Notes: generated by a model from the letters alone, not told the origin. Positions 1 through 12,632 are shown, counted from the whole stretch's first letter. The stretch: 63,484 nt of DNA, filler included, from Octopus bimaculoides (GCF_001194135.2; 7 parts of 7 records of this genome joined end to end with filler, not necessarily neighbours in it); one strand, 5' to 3'. Made by a program: numbers and translations.

Positions 1-190
1 GACAAAATATTTAGAGATATTTCTTCCGGATTTACATTCTGATTTCAAATTCCGCCAAGGTCGACTTGGCTTTTCATCCTTTCAGGGTTGACTAAATAAG
101 TACCAGTTACGAACTGGGGTCGACGTAATCGATTTAATCCCCTCCCCACAAATTTCAGGCCTTGTGCCTTCTGTAGAAAGGATTATTATT
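1..190 (+). mobile_element. tRNA-derived SINE, family A (5' part outside window), (TTA)n tail
   Basis: B-box-like gatttcaaattccgcc, core gtcgacttggcttttcatcctttc..taagtaccag, 3' gccttgtgccttctgtagaaaggattatt; same core recurs at 22243-22466 and 55168-55590. Confidence 0.8.
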
Positions 191-202
191 ATTATTATTA
201 TT

Positions 203-404
203 CAGTAGTTTTATTTTTATAACGTGCTTTCACTTCACTACCGAGCGCAGCTCTGTGCGCCTTGGGTATGTGCTGTGGTTTGCTGTGGTGCTCTTATGTT
301 TACTGTATTGAAAGTGTTTTGCGTAGAATGTGTGCAGTACCCAGTAGTGCAATTTTCTGTATGTTATATATATTTGTAAGTCCTGGTGTTTTTGTTATGT
401 ATTT
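203..404 (-). mobile_element. 5'-truncated R4/Dong-clade (RLE) LINE 3' end
   Basis: Near-identical to 5119-5321; minus strand encodes ...TPGLTNIYNIQKIALLGTAHILRKTLSIQ*; flanked on both sides by (TTA)n. Confidence 0.8.
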
Positions 405-1179
405 TATTATTATTATTACACAATATTGGAAACAATTATTGAAGAACTCGTTATCATCATTACTACTACTACTACTACTATCTTTATTTAGTCCGATAAA
501 ATGGGAAAATGACCAGAGATTTTAGAGTCCCCCCCCCCAAAAAAAAAGGAGGAGTTTCTATGTAGTTAATGGTTACCCATGAAATTCCGAAGGTCGATGA
601 CTACAGGAAATCAGGAAATACAGTACGATGGTTTGGGAAAATTGTGTAGTATGGTTTTTGGATGGAGAGACAGACATAGCACAGATAACGGAAGGAAACG
701 AATTCGTGGGTGGGAAAGCCACACAGCTTTCTAATTTGGAAGAACAAGAAATTCTGTACTTGTGGTCGAAGAAACAGTAGGAAGATACAACACTTTTGAC
801 GAACTTTTTTTTTTATTGTAGAGAGGTGGTGTTTCCCCCATCTTGATCGGTGGTTAAGTGCATGGAATCCACTAAACCGAAACACTATGACACATGCGGG
901 GGTTTTCTGTAGTATTTAGCTTTACAGAATAATTTTAGAAAGAATGCTATTCAATGACAAAGGGAATTTTTATTATCTCAACATTCTTTTGGTGTTAAAA
1001 ACTCAGCGTAGGGACTATTCCGAATCGCTTGGAAGCACTGAACTCTTACGAGGAAATCTGTGAGAAAATTTATTTTATTTATAACTAGAGGAAACCTCGC
1101 CTCACTTCATTCACTGGCATTTTACTGAAGAATTTGAGAAATATGTGATACCGTGTGAATTTGGATTTGCCTTTAAAAC

Positions 1180-1266
1180 AGAGTCACGTGATCATAATTT
1201 TTAAGGAATTTGGAGAGTCACGTGATCATACGTTTTGTGAGGATTTCGGAGAGAGTCACGTGATCA
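1180..1266. repeat. Three copies of AGAGTCACGTGATCA (E-box TCACGTGA) with non-identical spacers
   Basis: Identical 15-mers start at 1180, 1214 and 1252. Confidence 0.85.
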
Positions 1267-1740
1267 CAAGCGTCTAACCAAGAAATATGGTTGTGATATT
1301 GCTGCGAATAAATTGCTGGTGTCTGCAATGAGTGGGAGTAGGTAACACAAGATGCATTCACATAAAGTAGTGTTGTTGTTGTTATTATTAACAAAAATCT
1401 TAATAACTAGCAATCCCGAGTTCAAATCCGAGAACGATCGACTTTTTTTTTTTTCGTCTCTTAAGAGAATCAGATGAATAGCAATAAGAAATTGAGATCT
1501 AACAATCATTTGATTCCTTTAAAAAAAGTCAAGCTTCCGTAAAGTCTGCCCAGTGTTGTGACACACTGGTGTGCCTAACCTTTGTGACACCTTTAACCTT
1601 GTCAGACATTTTTACTGCTCAGAAAATCATTGTAACGCAACAGTGGTTTTTAAGATTATGCTAATTTTTGACAGTCATAAAAACGCGATATTCATAATTT
1701 ATAATATACAATTATGAACACTGAAACAAAATAAGCGAAT

Positions 1741-1860
1741 TGGCAAAGCCGTCAGAGGCCTCGACGCATTTATTCCGACTCACCACAATCTAAATTCAAA
1801 TATCGCCGAGGTAAACTTTATCTCTCATCTTTTCGAGTCGATTATAAAAAAAAAATACCA
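1741..1860 (+). mobile_element. Degenerate SINE family A copy
   Basis: aaattcaaatatcgccgaggtaaactttatctctcatcttttcgagtcgatt resembles the family A core. Confidence 0.5.
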
Positions 1861-2164
1861 ATCCAGAATGGTAGATTTCCTAAGCAGTAAAAATGTCTGA
1901 CAGGATTCCTTGCGGTATCATTTAGGTCCCGTTGGGTTCAAATTCCACCATGGCATACTAGGATGATATCCTTAATCTATCACCCGCCTTAATATCATCA
2001 TATGTGACTCTGGGTTCCATTAACGAAATCCATTTTGTAGCATCAGACCAGGTCTCAAGCATCAGGGTATCTTCCTGCCCCCCCCCATACCAATCTCTAT
2101 GACCCTATTAGAGGGTCAAGACCAATTGGTTTTTTTCCTGATTACAAAATAAACAAAAAAAAGA

Positions 2165-2314
2165 TGCAAGGGTTTCAGTATTGGACTACGACCATGTTGT
2201 ATCACTGCCTTTCATGATTTGATCAAACAAATTGACCCCAGCACATATTTTTTAAGCTTGGTACTTGTCAGTTTCTTTGGCCGAACTGCTAAGTTACGGA
2301 GACGTAAACAAGCC
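2165..2314 (-). mobile_element. SINE family B 3' half
   Basis: Reverse complement reads gtttacgtctccgtaacttagcagttcggccaaaga..aagtacca..ggggtcaatttg; matches 38340-38570 and 57265-57460. Confidence 0.7.
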
Positions 2315-3294
2315 NNNNNNNNNNNNNNNNNNNNNNNNNNNNNNNNNNNNNNNNNNNNNNNNNNNNNNNNNNNNNNNNNNNNNNNNNNNNNNNNNNNNNN
2401 NNNNNNNNNNNNNNNNNNNNNNNNNNNNNNNNNNNNNNNNNNNNNNNNNNNNNNNNNNNNNNNNNNNNNNNNNNNNNNNNNNNNNNNNNNNNNNNNNNNN
2501 NNNNNNNNNNNNNNNNNNNNNNNNNNNNNNNNNNNNNNNNNNNNNNNNNNNNNNNNNNNNNNNNNNNNNNNNNNNNNNNNNNNNNNNNNNNNNNNNNNNN
2601 NNNNNNNNNNNNNNNNNNNNNNNNNNNNNNNNNNNNNNNNNNNNNNNNNNNNNNNNNNNNNNNNNNNNNNNNNNNNNNNNNNNNNNNNNNNNNNNNNNNN
2701 NNNNNNNNNNNNNNNNNNNNNNNNNNNNNNNNNNNNNNNNNNNNNNNNNNNNNNNNNNNNNNNNNNNNNNNNNNNNNNNNNNNNNNNNNNNNNNNNNNNN
2801 NNNNNNNNNNNNNNNNNNNNNNNNNNNNNNNNNNNNNNNNNNNNNNNNNNNNNNNNNNNNNNNNNNNNNNNNNNNNNNNNNNNNNNNNNNNNNNNNNNNN
2901 NNNNNNNNNNNNNNNNNNNNNNNNNNNNNNNNNNNNNNNNNNNNNNNNNNNNNNNNNNNNNNNNNNNNNNNNNNNNNNNNNNNNNNNNNNNNNNNNNNNN
3001 NNNNNNNNNNNNNNNNNNNNNNNNNNNNNNNNNNNNNNNNNNNNNNNNNNNNNNNNNNNNNNNNNNNNNNNNNNNNNNNNNNNNNNNNNNNNNNNNNNNN
3101 NNNNNNNNNNNNNNNNNNNNNNNNNNNNNNNNNNNNNNNNNNNNNNNNNNNNNNNNNNNNNNNNNNNNNNNNNNNNNNNNNNNNNNNNNNNNNNNNNNNN
3201 NNNNNNNNNNNNNNNNNNNNNNNNNNNNNNNNNNNNNNNNNNNNNNNNNNNNNNNNNNNNNNNNNNNNNNNNNNNNNNNNNNNNNNNNNNNNNN

Positions 3295-3343
<49 letters not shown>

Positions 3344-3703
3344 ATATTTATACACACGCGTGACAAGCTTCTTTTAGTTTCCGTCAACCCAACTCTATAA
3401 CTTATGTCCCCTTATGACCTCACTTCTGTAGCCTCATTGGAACTGCTTCGTTGATTGGATGCCCGACATTAACGTCACAACTAGTTATTTCCTTTTTTTA
3501 TTACTATATTGCTCTATCAAAACATTCTTAAGTTCGTAGGATGGTATTTAGTTAACAAGTAAAACTTCAAGAGCCGGAACTCCAGAATGGTTAGAGAAGA
3601 GTTCAGAAAAATCGCTGACCAATGCGTGGCCAGTATACACAAGGACTACTTTAAAACATTTAACATTCTCTCTCACTTTCTCTACTTCCCTCCTCCTTAC
3701 ACC

Positions 3704-3797
<94 letters not shown>

Positions 3798-4105
3798 GCC
3801 AGCGGTACATATATGTATGTCTATATCTATGAATTTATCAGTCTATATATATCTACACACACACTCAAACACTTATATGTATATACATAAGTATGTATGT
3901 ATGTATGTATGTATGTAGGTTCTATCCTAAATAAGTTCTATTTTTAATCACATTTCGACTAGATGTCATCTAGGTCCATACTAAAGATATCAAAAATGCT
4001 ACAGATACTAAAAATACTTCTTCCTTGTATGTTACTACATAGTGGCTGTATCATTTTCGTATTAAAAGCGTATATGTGCATATGTTTGTGTGTACTTACA
4101 TAATA

Positions 4106-4998
4106 TTGGGTCATCCCATGAATAATGCGGTTTTTGTATACTTCTTTTATTTCTCGAAATTAGGATAAACAAAATTCTTTCTTAATCTAAATTACACTCT
4201 CCTTCATTTTCTAGAATAAGGTAAGGCTCCTTCTTCCAAAATTCACTTGTCTGTAACGAAAAATACTCCTCCAGTACTGTTGCGACGTCATCTACAGAAT
4301 TCATATTTTTTCCATCCGAATGATTTTGAAGACTGCGGAATGAATGATAATCAGATGGGGCAATGTCCGGCGAATATGGTGGGTGGGGTATCGTTTCCCA
4401 TTCAAACTGCTCCAGCCTTTGGAATGTCGTCCTCGCTGTATGTGGCCGAGCATTATCCTGATGGAAGAACATTTTTTATCTTGAAACCGAAGATGGACGT
4501 TTTTCTTCTAGCGCTGACTTGAATGACTGGCTGGATGATCAAATCCAAGCTTCTCTGCTAGTTCCTCAACAGTTACAATGGGATTTTGTTCCACTAGGGT
4601 TTGCGAGACATCTCATCGAGCTCTACAGATCTTCCAGGACGAGGCTAGTCTTCTAAGCTGAGGTCTCCGGCTCGAAATTTCTGGAACCACCGTTGACATA
4701 GGCTTACGCTATTGCCCGATCCCCATATACTGCATTAATATTCCTCGCACTTTCTGTTGCCTTGTTGCCTTTATTGAACTCATAAAGCAAAATATGCCGA
4801 ATATGCTCCTTTGTCACTTCCATTATAGCTTTGAAAAAATAACCGTTAAAATCAAACTGCTCTCTTCAAAACTTGAATTAAGAATAAGTACAAGGTAAAA
4901 TTGCTTTTATAGCAAGTTGATGCAGGTAGTTTATCTCGTCCCCCTCCGACTTTTAGCTCATGCAATTGAAAAACCGCATTATTTATGGGATGACACAA
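4106..4998 (-). mobile_element. Internally deleted mariner (DD34D) transposon with both TIRs
   Basis: TIRs ttgggtcatcccatgaataatgcggttttt / aaaaaccgcattatttatgggatgacacaa, TA at left. Transposase starts at 4823 (MEVTKEHIRHILLYEF..WFQKFRAGD) and includes HQDNARPH..HPPYSPDIAPSDYH; stops and a central deletion are present. Confidence 0.92.
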
Positions 4999-5118
4999 TT
5001 CATACATTCATATTTAAACATACATACATATATATGAATGTATGTGAATACACACACACGCACATATCAGCATATGTCTCTATAACACACGTTATTATTA
5101 TTATTATTATTATTATTG

Positions 5119-5515
5119 TTCAGTAGTTTTATTTTTATAACGTGCTTTCACTTCACTACCGAGCGCAGCTCTGTGCGCCTTGGGTATGTGCTGTGGTTTG
5201 CTGTGGTGCTCTTATGTTTACTGTATTGAAAGTGTTTTGCGTAGAATGTGTGCAGTACCCAGTAGTGCAATTTTCTGTATGTTATATATATTTGTAAGTC
5301 CTGGTGTTTTTGTTATGTATTTGTCTGAATATTTTTTTATTATACCTAAGGCACCTACTATGATAGGAATTGTTTCTGTTTTTAGACTCCACATTCGAGT
5401 TATCTCTATTTCCAGGTCATTGTATTTTGAAAGTTTTTCCATTTCTTTTAGAGAAACGTTGTCATCTGCTGGTATTGATACATCAATTAGAAAGCATTTT
5501 TTTTCTTCATGATCT
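5119..5515 (-). mobile_element. R4/Dong-clade LINE 3' portion (restriction-like endonuclease C-terminus), runs into gap
   Basis: ORF 5218-5442 EKLSKYNDLEIEITRMWSLKTETIPIIVGALG..QKIALLGTAHILRK is the typical RLE C-terminus; (TAA)n tail at 5093-5117. Confidence 0.88.
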
Positions 5516-6267
5516 NNNNNNNNNNNNNNNNNNNNNNNNNNNNNNNNNNNNNNNNNNNNNNNNNNNNNNNNNNNNNNNNNNNNNNNNNNNNNNNNNNNNN
5601 NNNNNNNNNNNNNNNNNNNNNNNNNNNNNNNNNNNNNNNNNNNNNNNNNNNNNNNNNNNNNNNNNNNNNNNNNNNNNNNNNNNNNNNNNNNNNNNNNNNN
5701 NNNNNNNNNNNNNNNNNNNNNNNNNNNNNNNNNNNNNNNNNNNNNNNNNNNNNNNNNNNNNNNNNNNNNNNNNNNNNNNNNNNNNNNNNNNNNNNNNNNN
5801 NNNNNNNNNNNNNNNNNNNNNNNNNNTATATATATATACTAACAGACATACTGAGCGTTGCTTGGGCCCAAATGGCATAGTTTGTATATATGGTACAGTT
5901 AAATTGAAACATGTGATACGGTGAAATTCAGTATTGACGACAAAACATTTCTGGAGTCAACGAAGGGTTAATTCGACTAAATGACATATCTTGCGTCTGT
6001 TTGGAAAATTCCAAAGCCCTAACCTTGTCATGGAAAGTGGGTGGTGGTTTGTGATTTTTGAACTCACCAAAAGTTCCCAGTGGATATACTCTCCTTTGCA
6101 CGGTCGCTAACACGCTGAACAATCAGCAGCCATAGGAACTACATTTATATGATAATTTAAGCTCGTGGGCGCGCTCAACAGCACCAGATGAAAGAAATGA
6201 CGTAGTAAGGGGGGATTGGCAAGGAAGTGCTTGAAAATAACACTGCCTTGCGATATTTCGGTTTGGT

Positions 6268-7960
6268 AACGTTGTGATAACAACAAACAAGATGAGGACA
6301 CCTGTCCGTCTATTGTAAATATTGTACATAATTCCTCATCTCAAAAATATAGAATAGTATTATCTAATCAGTACGGAGCCGACATTAGACTTCAATAGAG
6401 ATATATAGAGAAACTTCATCGTCTTTCAAGCCATATAACATTCTTGTGTAGATGTAGAGACTCAAAGCTGATACCACCTGGCTTGATTATAACGACATCA
6501 GTGGATTCAAATAAATCTCGAAGCGTAGCGGAAAGAGCAGGGCACGCCTTCGTCCGTGAGAGGATCCATTATAACCGTTGGAAAAAAACATCAACTAAAT
6601 AAAGAAATCAGAGACAGGTTATCTTCATTACTTGGGTGAATAACCAGAGATGATGACAGAGAGAAAATTCAGCAAGATCTAGAAAAGTAGTACAAGAAAG
6701 AAATAGAGAAGATGAAGACACGCCAGATTAAGAAGCTTACGAAGCTCAAAGGTCAGAGAATAAAGACCGAAGTTCGTCACCCACCTGTGAAAGTGGTAAA
6801 TAACGTAAGTAGTCGACATCTGAACAACTCTGAAGCAGCAGAACAGCAGTACTAAACAAAGGCCTCAACTTTGCATTCCATACTTGGAGACAATAGCCTC
6901 TATTGAGGAGGTAGCCATAGAGACCAAAATCTCAGGAAGATATACTAAGGAGGAAAGTGAGACAGGTACTAGCGAAAGCGAAACTTCCCAAACCAAACAT
7001 CACTAAAGAAGAAAAGTTTGCTATTAAAACACTACGGAGTGACAATTCCATCATAATACTTCCAACGGACAAGGGCAATGCTACAGTAGTGATGAACAAG
7101 TCTGAATACTCGGAAAAATTGGCAAGTCTCATAAGTGATGGCAGCTACAGCAAAATAAAGGAAGACCCAATTCTGTAAACAGAGAGGAAGTTGTAACAGA
7201 TATTAATAAAGAACAAGGATCACTCCATCCCAATGAAGTACAGATAACTGACCCAAAACTACAGTAAGCTGCTACACATGTACGGTCTCCCGCAGATTCA
7301 TAAGGATGGTATTCCATTAAGACCTATAGTGAGCTGTAGAGGTTCAGCATGTCACCCACTAAGCCGCTTCTTTGTGGATATAATCAGCCCATTAGCAGGT
7401 AAGTCAACATCGTATGTGAAGAATACCACCCACTTCATAGAATTGATCAAGGATACTCCCATTGGATCTAACCTGGTGGTGAGTCTAGATGTGATAAGTC
7501 TGTTTACCAAAGTCCTAATTAATGAAGCACTATCAGTGATTCAAGACAAACTAGTGACAGATACCTCTCTAAAAGAACACCTAGTATACCGTTTGAAAAC
7601 TTGATGGAAATGTTGACTTTCTTCGTAGAAACTACTTACTTCAGAGTAGATACTGATAAATATCAATAGGATGAGGGTTTAGCTATGGGTTTGCCATTAT
7701 CGCCAGTAATAGCCAATATGTACATGGAGTACTTTGAGAATTTAGCTTTAGGATCAACACCACTAAAGCCAACCCAATGGCTTCGATACGTTGATGACAC
7801 CTTCATACTCTGGCCCCACCAGGAGAATGTCCAAGTACTACTAGATCATGTGAATTCAATAAAATCATCCATACAGTTCACTATGGGAAATGAAAAGGAC
7901 AATCAGTTGGCATTCCTGGACGTATTAATAGCACGCACTTAGTATGGGTTCAGGACATTA
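6268..7960 (+). mobile_element. Penelope-like element (Poseidon-type RT), degenerate, 3'-truncated
   Basis: HITFLCRCRDSKLIPPGL N-terminus; ILPTDKGNATVVM; YGLPQIHKDGIPLRPIVS; MGLPLSPVIANMYME; WLRYVDDTF; QLAFLDVLI. Several stops and frameshifts. Confidence 0.92.
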
Positions 7961-8039
7961 ACAACGAACAGAGATATAACCGATGAACGAAATCCAATTT
8001 AACAAAACCGATGAATTTCCACCGTCAGCTGCCTCATAG

Positions 8040-9008
8040 ATATTTTTGGCCTATTTTTGGCCCAAAACTTGGGAATTTTCCATAGATCCCGTATAAAAGT
8101 CGACCCTAATATTTTACGAACAACAGGACAACATTTGTGGGCCAAGGTACCATATTATCTTGTATGCACAGAATATGCTGCAAGCCTGCATAGAATTTGA
8201 AGTAATAAACACATGTATTATACACTCGTTGTTTACATGGTGAGAAACGTGTTTCACAGACAGCACTATTGTCGAACACTGGCAAACGCCACTGTTTGAA
8301 TTCGTACAAAGGCATGATTTTGGCAAGCCTAAAAACATTTAGCTAATCGCTAGATCAGTGGTTACCAAACATTTTTTGGTTCCCATGCGACCTTCATATT
8401 TTCCTCATCTCCAAGTACAATAAACACATGCGCCATGCGCTCGTCTGTTTACATGGTGAGAAACGTATTTCACAGACAGCACTATCGGTGAACAACAGCA
8501 AACACTACTGTATGAATTCGTACAGAGGCATGAGTTCGGTAAGCCTAAAAACATTTAGTTAATGGCTAGATCACTGGTTACTAAACTTTTTTTTGCCGCG
8601 GAATCCTTTGACATTATTTTTTAAAACATGGAACCCCTGATAACTTTCAGGGAACCCTGGGGGTTGCAGAACACATTTTGGGAATCACTGTTCCAGATTA
8701 ACGACTCTAGACCACATTATGAACATCTACTGGTCACTGCACATGAGAGCTACGCGGTCTTGTTTGTGGGTTTTGTTATTTACTAGGACGCGTGTTTTGA
8801 TGCATAGAATTGGTAGTATTACTGTAATTCATTGTGATTTTGCTTTTACTCGCTTAGACATCAGTTGAGCTTCTGCTGCTGATACGGTACTTCGGATTCT
8901 AGCTTAAATTTCAGACCTCAAAATTAGCATCCATGTAATAGTCGACCCCAAAAATTTGACCTTAAAAAAGGTCTAACAAATTTGACTTTTACACGAGTAT
9001 ATATGGTG
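8040..9008. mobile_element. Non-autonomous Tc1/pogo-type DNA transposon relic with internal ~200-bp duplication
   Basis: Terminal tttgacttttacacgagtatatatggt and repeated gtcgaccc motifs; 8215-8385 resembles 8425-8600. Confidence 0.5.
8572..8690. mobile_element. hAT (Charlie-like) MITE
   Basis: Ends cactggttactaaac / tttgggaatcactg; ctagat/ccagat flanks resemble the TCTAGA-type target. Confidence 0.6.
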
Positions 9009-9114
9009 TATATATATAAGAATATTTACACATAGATACATATATACATGCAAACATATATATTAATATCTATTTTTTATCTCTCATCCCCTTTCTTTCT
9101 CCCTCTCTCTCTTT

Positions 9115-9166
<52 letters not shown>

Positions 9167-9289
9167 CATTTCTGGATTAACAAGGAAACCCAAAGTTTCA
9201 TGTGAAAAAGACCTCCACAATTTTCAAGCGATTCACTGGGGAATGTTTCTTGACGGTTATATGTAATTTATATTATTTTTCCAGTTTCC

Positions 9290-10030
9290 GTTCGAATACA
9301 GCATCGCAAATTTGAGTAAAATTTTGACAAAGCGTTGTTGGATGCCATGGTGCAAGCCAATTCTTCACAGGGACATTGTGGACTTGCTACCGGACTTTAC
9401 TTCACTAGACACATCACAGCTTATGAAAAGTTGACTTTCTATCATCATGTCCAAAGAAAATGACAGTGGTTTGCAACCAATGAAACAGAAGAGCCCAGCC
9501 ACAAACGAGAACTGCACGTACGAAGTTATGCTTGTGTTTGGTGAGATAGGAAAGGTGTCGTCTAACATGAAGTGTTGAACAAAAATAAATGAGTTAAAGC
9601 GGGGAAGTATTGTCGTCGGTTGGGTGCGTTGCACGAAAATTTGCAGAAAAAGTGCCCGTCATTAGTCAATCGTGAAGATTTGTTGCCATTTCATGATAAT
9701 ATAAGACCACATATTGCCCCAAGTCATCCAGACACTGACCTTGCTTCTTCTGACTGTCATCTTTTCAGCTTTTCAGTTCTTAAAAAGATTATTTAGAGGG
9801 AAAACAGTTTATTAATTTTGAAGAGATTAAAAACGATACTGAGCGATTATTTGCTTTGAAACATGAAGAATTTTACGCCCGAGAGATCAACAATATGCCA
9901 AATAGATGGGATTATGTTATCAATAATGAGGGGTAATATTATCTTGATTAAATATATCAATTAAGACCAAAGCAACATTTGTTTCTTTCCCGTCACGAAA
10001 TGCGACAAGACTTCCTTTCCAACTTAATAT
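9290..10030 (+). mobile_element. Highly degenerate mariner transposon
   Basis: FHDNIRPHIA and HPDTDLASSDCHLF (YSPDLAPSDYHLF-like); right TIR-like ctttccaacttaata. Confidence 0.75.
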
Positions 10031-10382
10031 ATATATATAATAAATGCTTGTATTTATGTATGCATTCATATTCACATGCACACATATACATACATACATA
10101 CATGGATATACACACACACACATACACATGTATGTATGTGTATGTGTATATATATATATATACTTTTGTTATTTACACCACCTGCCCTCGTCTGTTGTTA
10201 TTATTTGTATATTCTCCCATATATATATATATATTCATTTTGCTCACTATACTTTTAGATAACACTGATACGAACCCATGATTTCACTTCGGTATCTGCA
10301 TGAATGTTAATCTGAATCGCTGTCAATGATCCACAAGGGACCAACACTTCACCATGTCTGAAGATATCCGAGNNNNNNNNNN

Positions 10383-10439
<57 letters not shown>

Positions 10440-10810
10440 ACGGCAGCAGTCGCTTACTTATCAACAATATCGATACACCGTTCATATCGCTCTTTAAGCA
10501 ATTACGTTGTCTTAGAGAAGAAAATGTAAATTAATGATTCTCAAGAAAAATGAGACAATGCTCAACCCTTCATTTGTGACCTCTTTGAGATTTGTTCATT
10601 TGCAGAAGTTGCTACTGTTGTTTAGACTCGAATCGGTTCTGATTGAGTAGGCCCTTGGGAAAAGCTTTCCAACCATACCCATTCAGACATTTTCCCCCAA
10701 AGTATATTGAATTGAGGACAAATAATCCAATACGTCTTCTTCTTCTTCTTCTTCTTCTTCTTCTTCTTCTTCTTCTTCTTCTTCTTCTTCTTCTTCTTCT
10801 TCTTCTTCTT

Positions 10811-10852
<42 letters not shown>

Positions 10853-11090
10853 GAGTGAGAGAGCAGTGCACGCCATCAAAGTGACACTGGGGTAAAATAT
10901 ACAAAGCCCAATATACCCATCATGACTACCCGTCTGATTAGGATACACCAGGCACATGCATCACAACCATATGTGCGCAACATGGTGATCTCATATCAAG
11001 ATAAACATGACCTCGCAGGTGGGGCCCAGTTAGAATTCTTTTCAGGTCGAGTAGCCCATCCCGCTCAAAAGGTCCCTGAATAAGGTTGCA
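10853..11090 (-). mobile_element. 3' end of an unclassified retroelement with (TAA)n tail
   Basis: Non-coding segment abutting (TTA)n at 10814-10852; no protein motif seen. Confidence 0.45.
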
Positions 11091-11404
11091 AGCGACCTGC
11101 ATGTAGGCGGCCCATGCTAGATATAAAGTCGTCTCCTTGTCGCCCAATATAGCGATAGGATTCGGTTGCTGCATGGGTGATGAGCAGCTCCATTTGGAGA
11201 CGGTACTGCTCACCCGGAGGCCAAGAAGATTCTGGAAAGGGTGAACCAAAAATTGCCTGTCTTTCTATATCTGGTCAGTTTAGTGTAACTTACGGATGTC
11301 CACCCTGCGTTCGAAAAACAAAGAGACTTTTATTTACAAAATATGGATAGAGCTTGAACAGTTCATGTTGGAATGTGCATACTCTGTTGGATAACAAATA
11401 TTTC

Positions 11405-11660
11405 CATATTATTGAACCTTTATGGTACATTTTAGAAAAGGAAGTAAGGAGTCGGTATCCTCCACCATCATCACTACAAGAACTGGAGACTGTTTTAGCT
11501 GAAGAATGGACAAAAATTCCTTTGGAAACAATTCAAACTTTGTACGAGTTCATACCTCGTAGAATTCAAGCAGTAATTACTGCTAAAGGTGGTCCTACCC
11601 AATAATAAAATAAATTTGTTTGAAATTTTAAGGTGCTTCCATCATTTTGTCCAACCCCTA
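11405..11660 (+). mobile_element. Tc1 (DD34E) transposase C-terminus and right TIR
   Basis: IIEPLWYILEKEVR..LQELETVLAEEWTKIP..IPRRIQAVITAKGGPT; TIR attttgtccaacccct followed by TA repeats. Confidence 0.85.
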
Positions 11661-11665
11661 TATAT

Positions 11666-11920
11666 ATTCTCCCAAAGTGGCTGAGGGACCTACACAAAGT
11701 GGATGTAGGTGTTTTCAAATCAAAACTGGACCTCTTCCTGTCAAGAGTCCCAGATGAACCTACATCGTGGCAGGAGGCGCAAATAGGGTAGCGACATCAA
11801 ACTCCCTTATTCACCAAATGCCACATATCAGAGGAAGCTCTCAATAATAACAGTGTAGCAAAACGGCAGTGCCCCAGCATGGCCACAGCTTTGAGCTGAA
11901 ACTGATAAAACAATAAAATA
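11666..11920 (+). mobile_element. CR1-group LINE 3' end
   Basis: LRDLHKVDVGVFKSKLDLFLSRVPDEPT; 3' tail gtgccccagcatggccacagct shared with 39615-39650 and 28925-28970. Confidence 0.75.
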
Positions 11921-12061
11921 TGTGTGGTGCGGGGCAGCTTTCGGTTTTATCTATCCGAAAGGATATTTGAATCTAATGTTTACATGCTATTATCTATAGC
12001 TTTATGTGCTTCGAGATCGACTGCTCCAAAAAAATTATTATCTTTTCTTTTCCTACAATCA

Positions 12062-12438
12062 ATTGTTGTTGTTACTCCGTCGCTTACGACGTCGAGCGTT
12101 CCAGTTGATCTTACCAACGGAACAGCCTGCTCGTGAAATTAACGCGCAAGTGGCTGAGCACTCCACAGACACGTGTACCCTTAACGTAGTTCTCGGGGAT
12201 ATTCAGTGTGACAAGGCTGACCCTTTGAATTACAGGCACAACAGAAACAGGAAGTAAGAGTTAGAGAAAGTTGTGGTGAAAGAGTACAGCAGGGTTCGCC
12301 ACCATTCCCTGCCGGAGCCTCGTAGAGCTTTAGGTGTTTTCGCTCAATAAACACTCAGAACGCCCGGTCTGGGAATCGAAACCGCGATCCTATGACCGCG
12401 AGTCCGCTGCCCTAACCACTGGGCCATTGCGCCTCCAC
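12062..12438 (-). mobile_element. Full-length tRNA-derived SINE, family C
   Basis: A box tggcccagtgg, B box ggtttcgattcc, (AAC)n tail; near-identical head at 59032. Confidence 0.88.
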
Positions 12439-12452
12439 AATCAATTGTAACA

Positions 12453-12552
12453 NNNNNNNNNNNNNNNNNNNNNNNNNNNNNNNNNNNNNNNNNNNNTTAA
12501 TTAATTAANNNNNNNNNNNNNNNNNNNNNNNNNNNNNNNNNNNNNNNNNNNN
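12453..12552. other. Synthetic scaffold linker 44N-TTAATTAATTAA-44N
   Basis: Exactly 100 bp; the 12-mer gives stops in all six frames; repeated six times in the window. Confidence 0.95.
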
Positions 12553-12599
12553 TAGTGGTGGTGATAGCAGTGGTAGTAGTAGTGGTGGTGGTGTTAGTG

Positions 12600-12632
<33 letters not shown>

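Noticed and set aside
1180-1266. CRISPR-like repeat-spacer pattern
   Set aside because: Only three 15-nt repeats with 19-23 nt AT-rich, mutually similar spacers; eukaryotic context and no cas genes.
11177-11215. Box C/D snoRNA (GTGATGA)
   Set aside because: No CTGA box D at the closing stem and too short.
12365-12438. tRNA gene (also 59032-59110 and 15762-15815)
   Set aside because: A/B boxes are present, but the acceptor stem does not close and the sequence continues into a SINE body.
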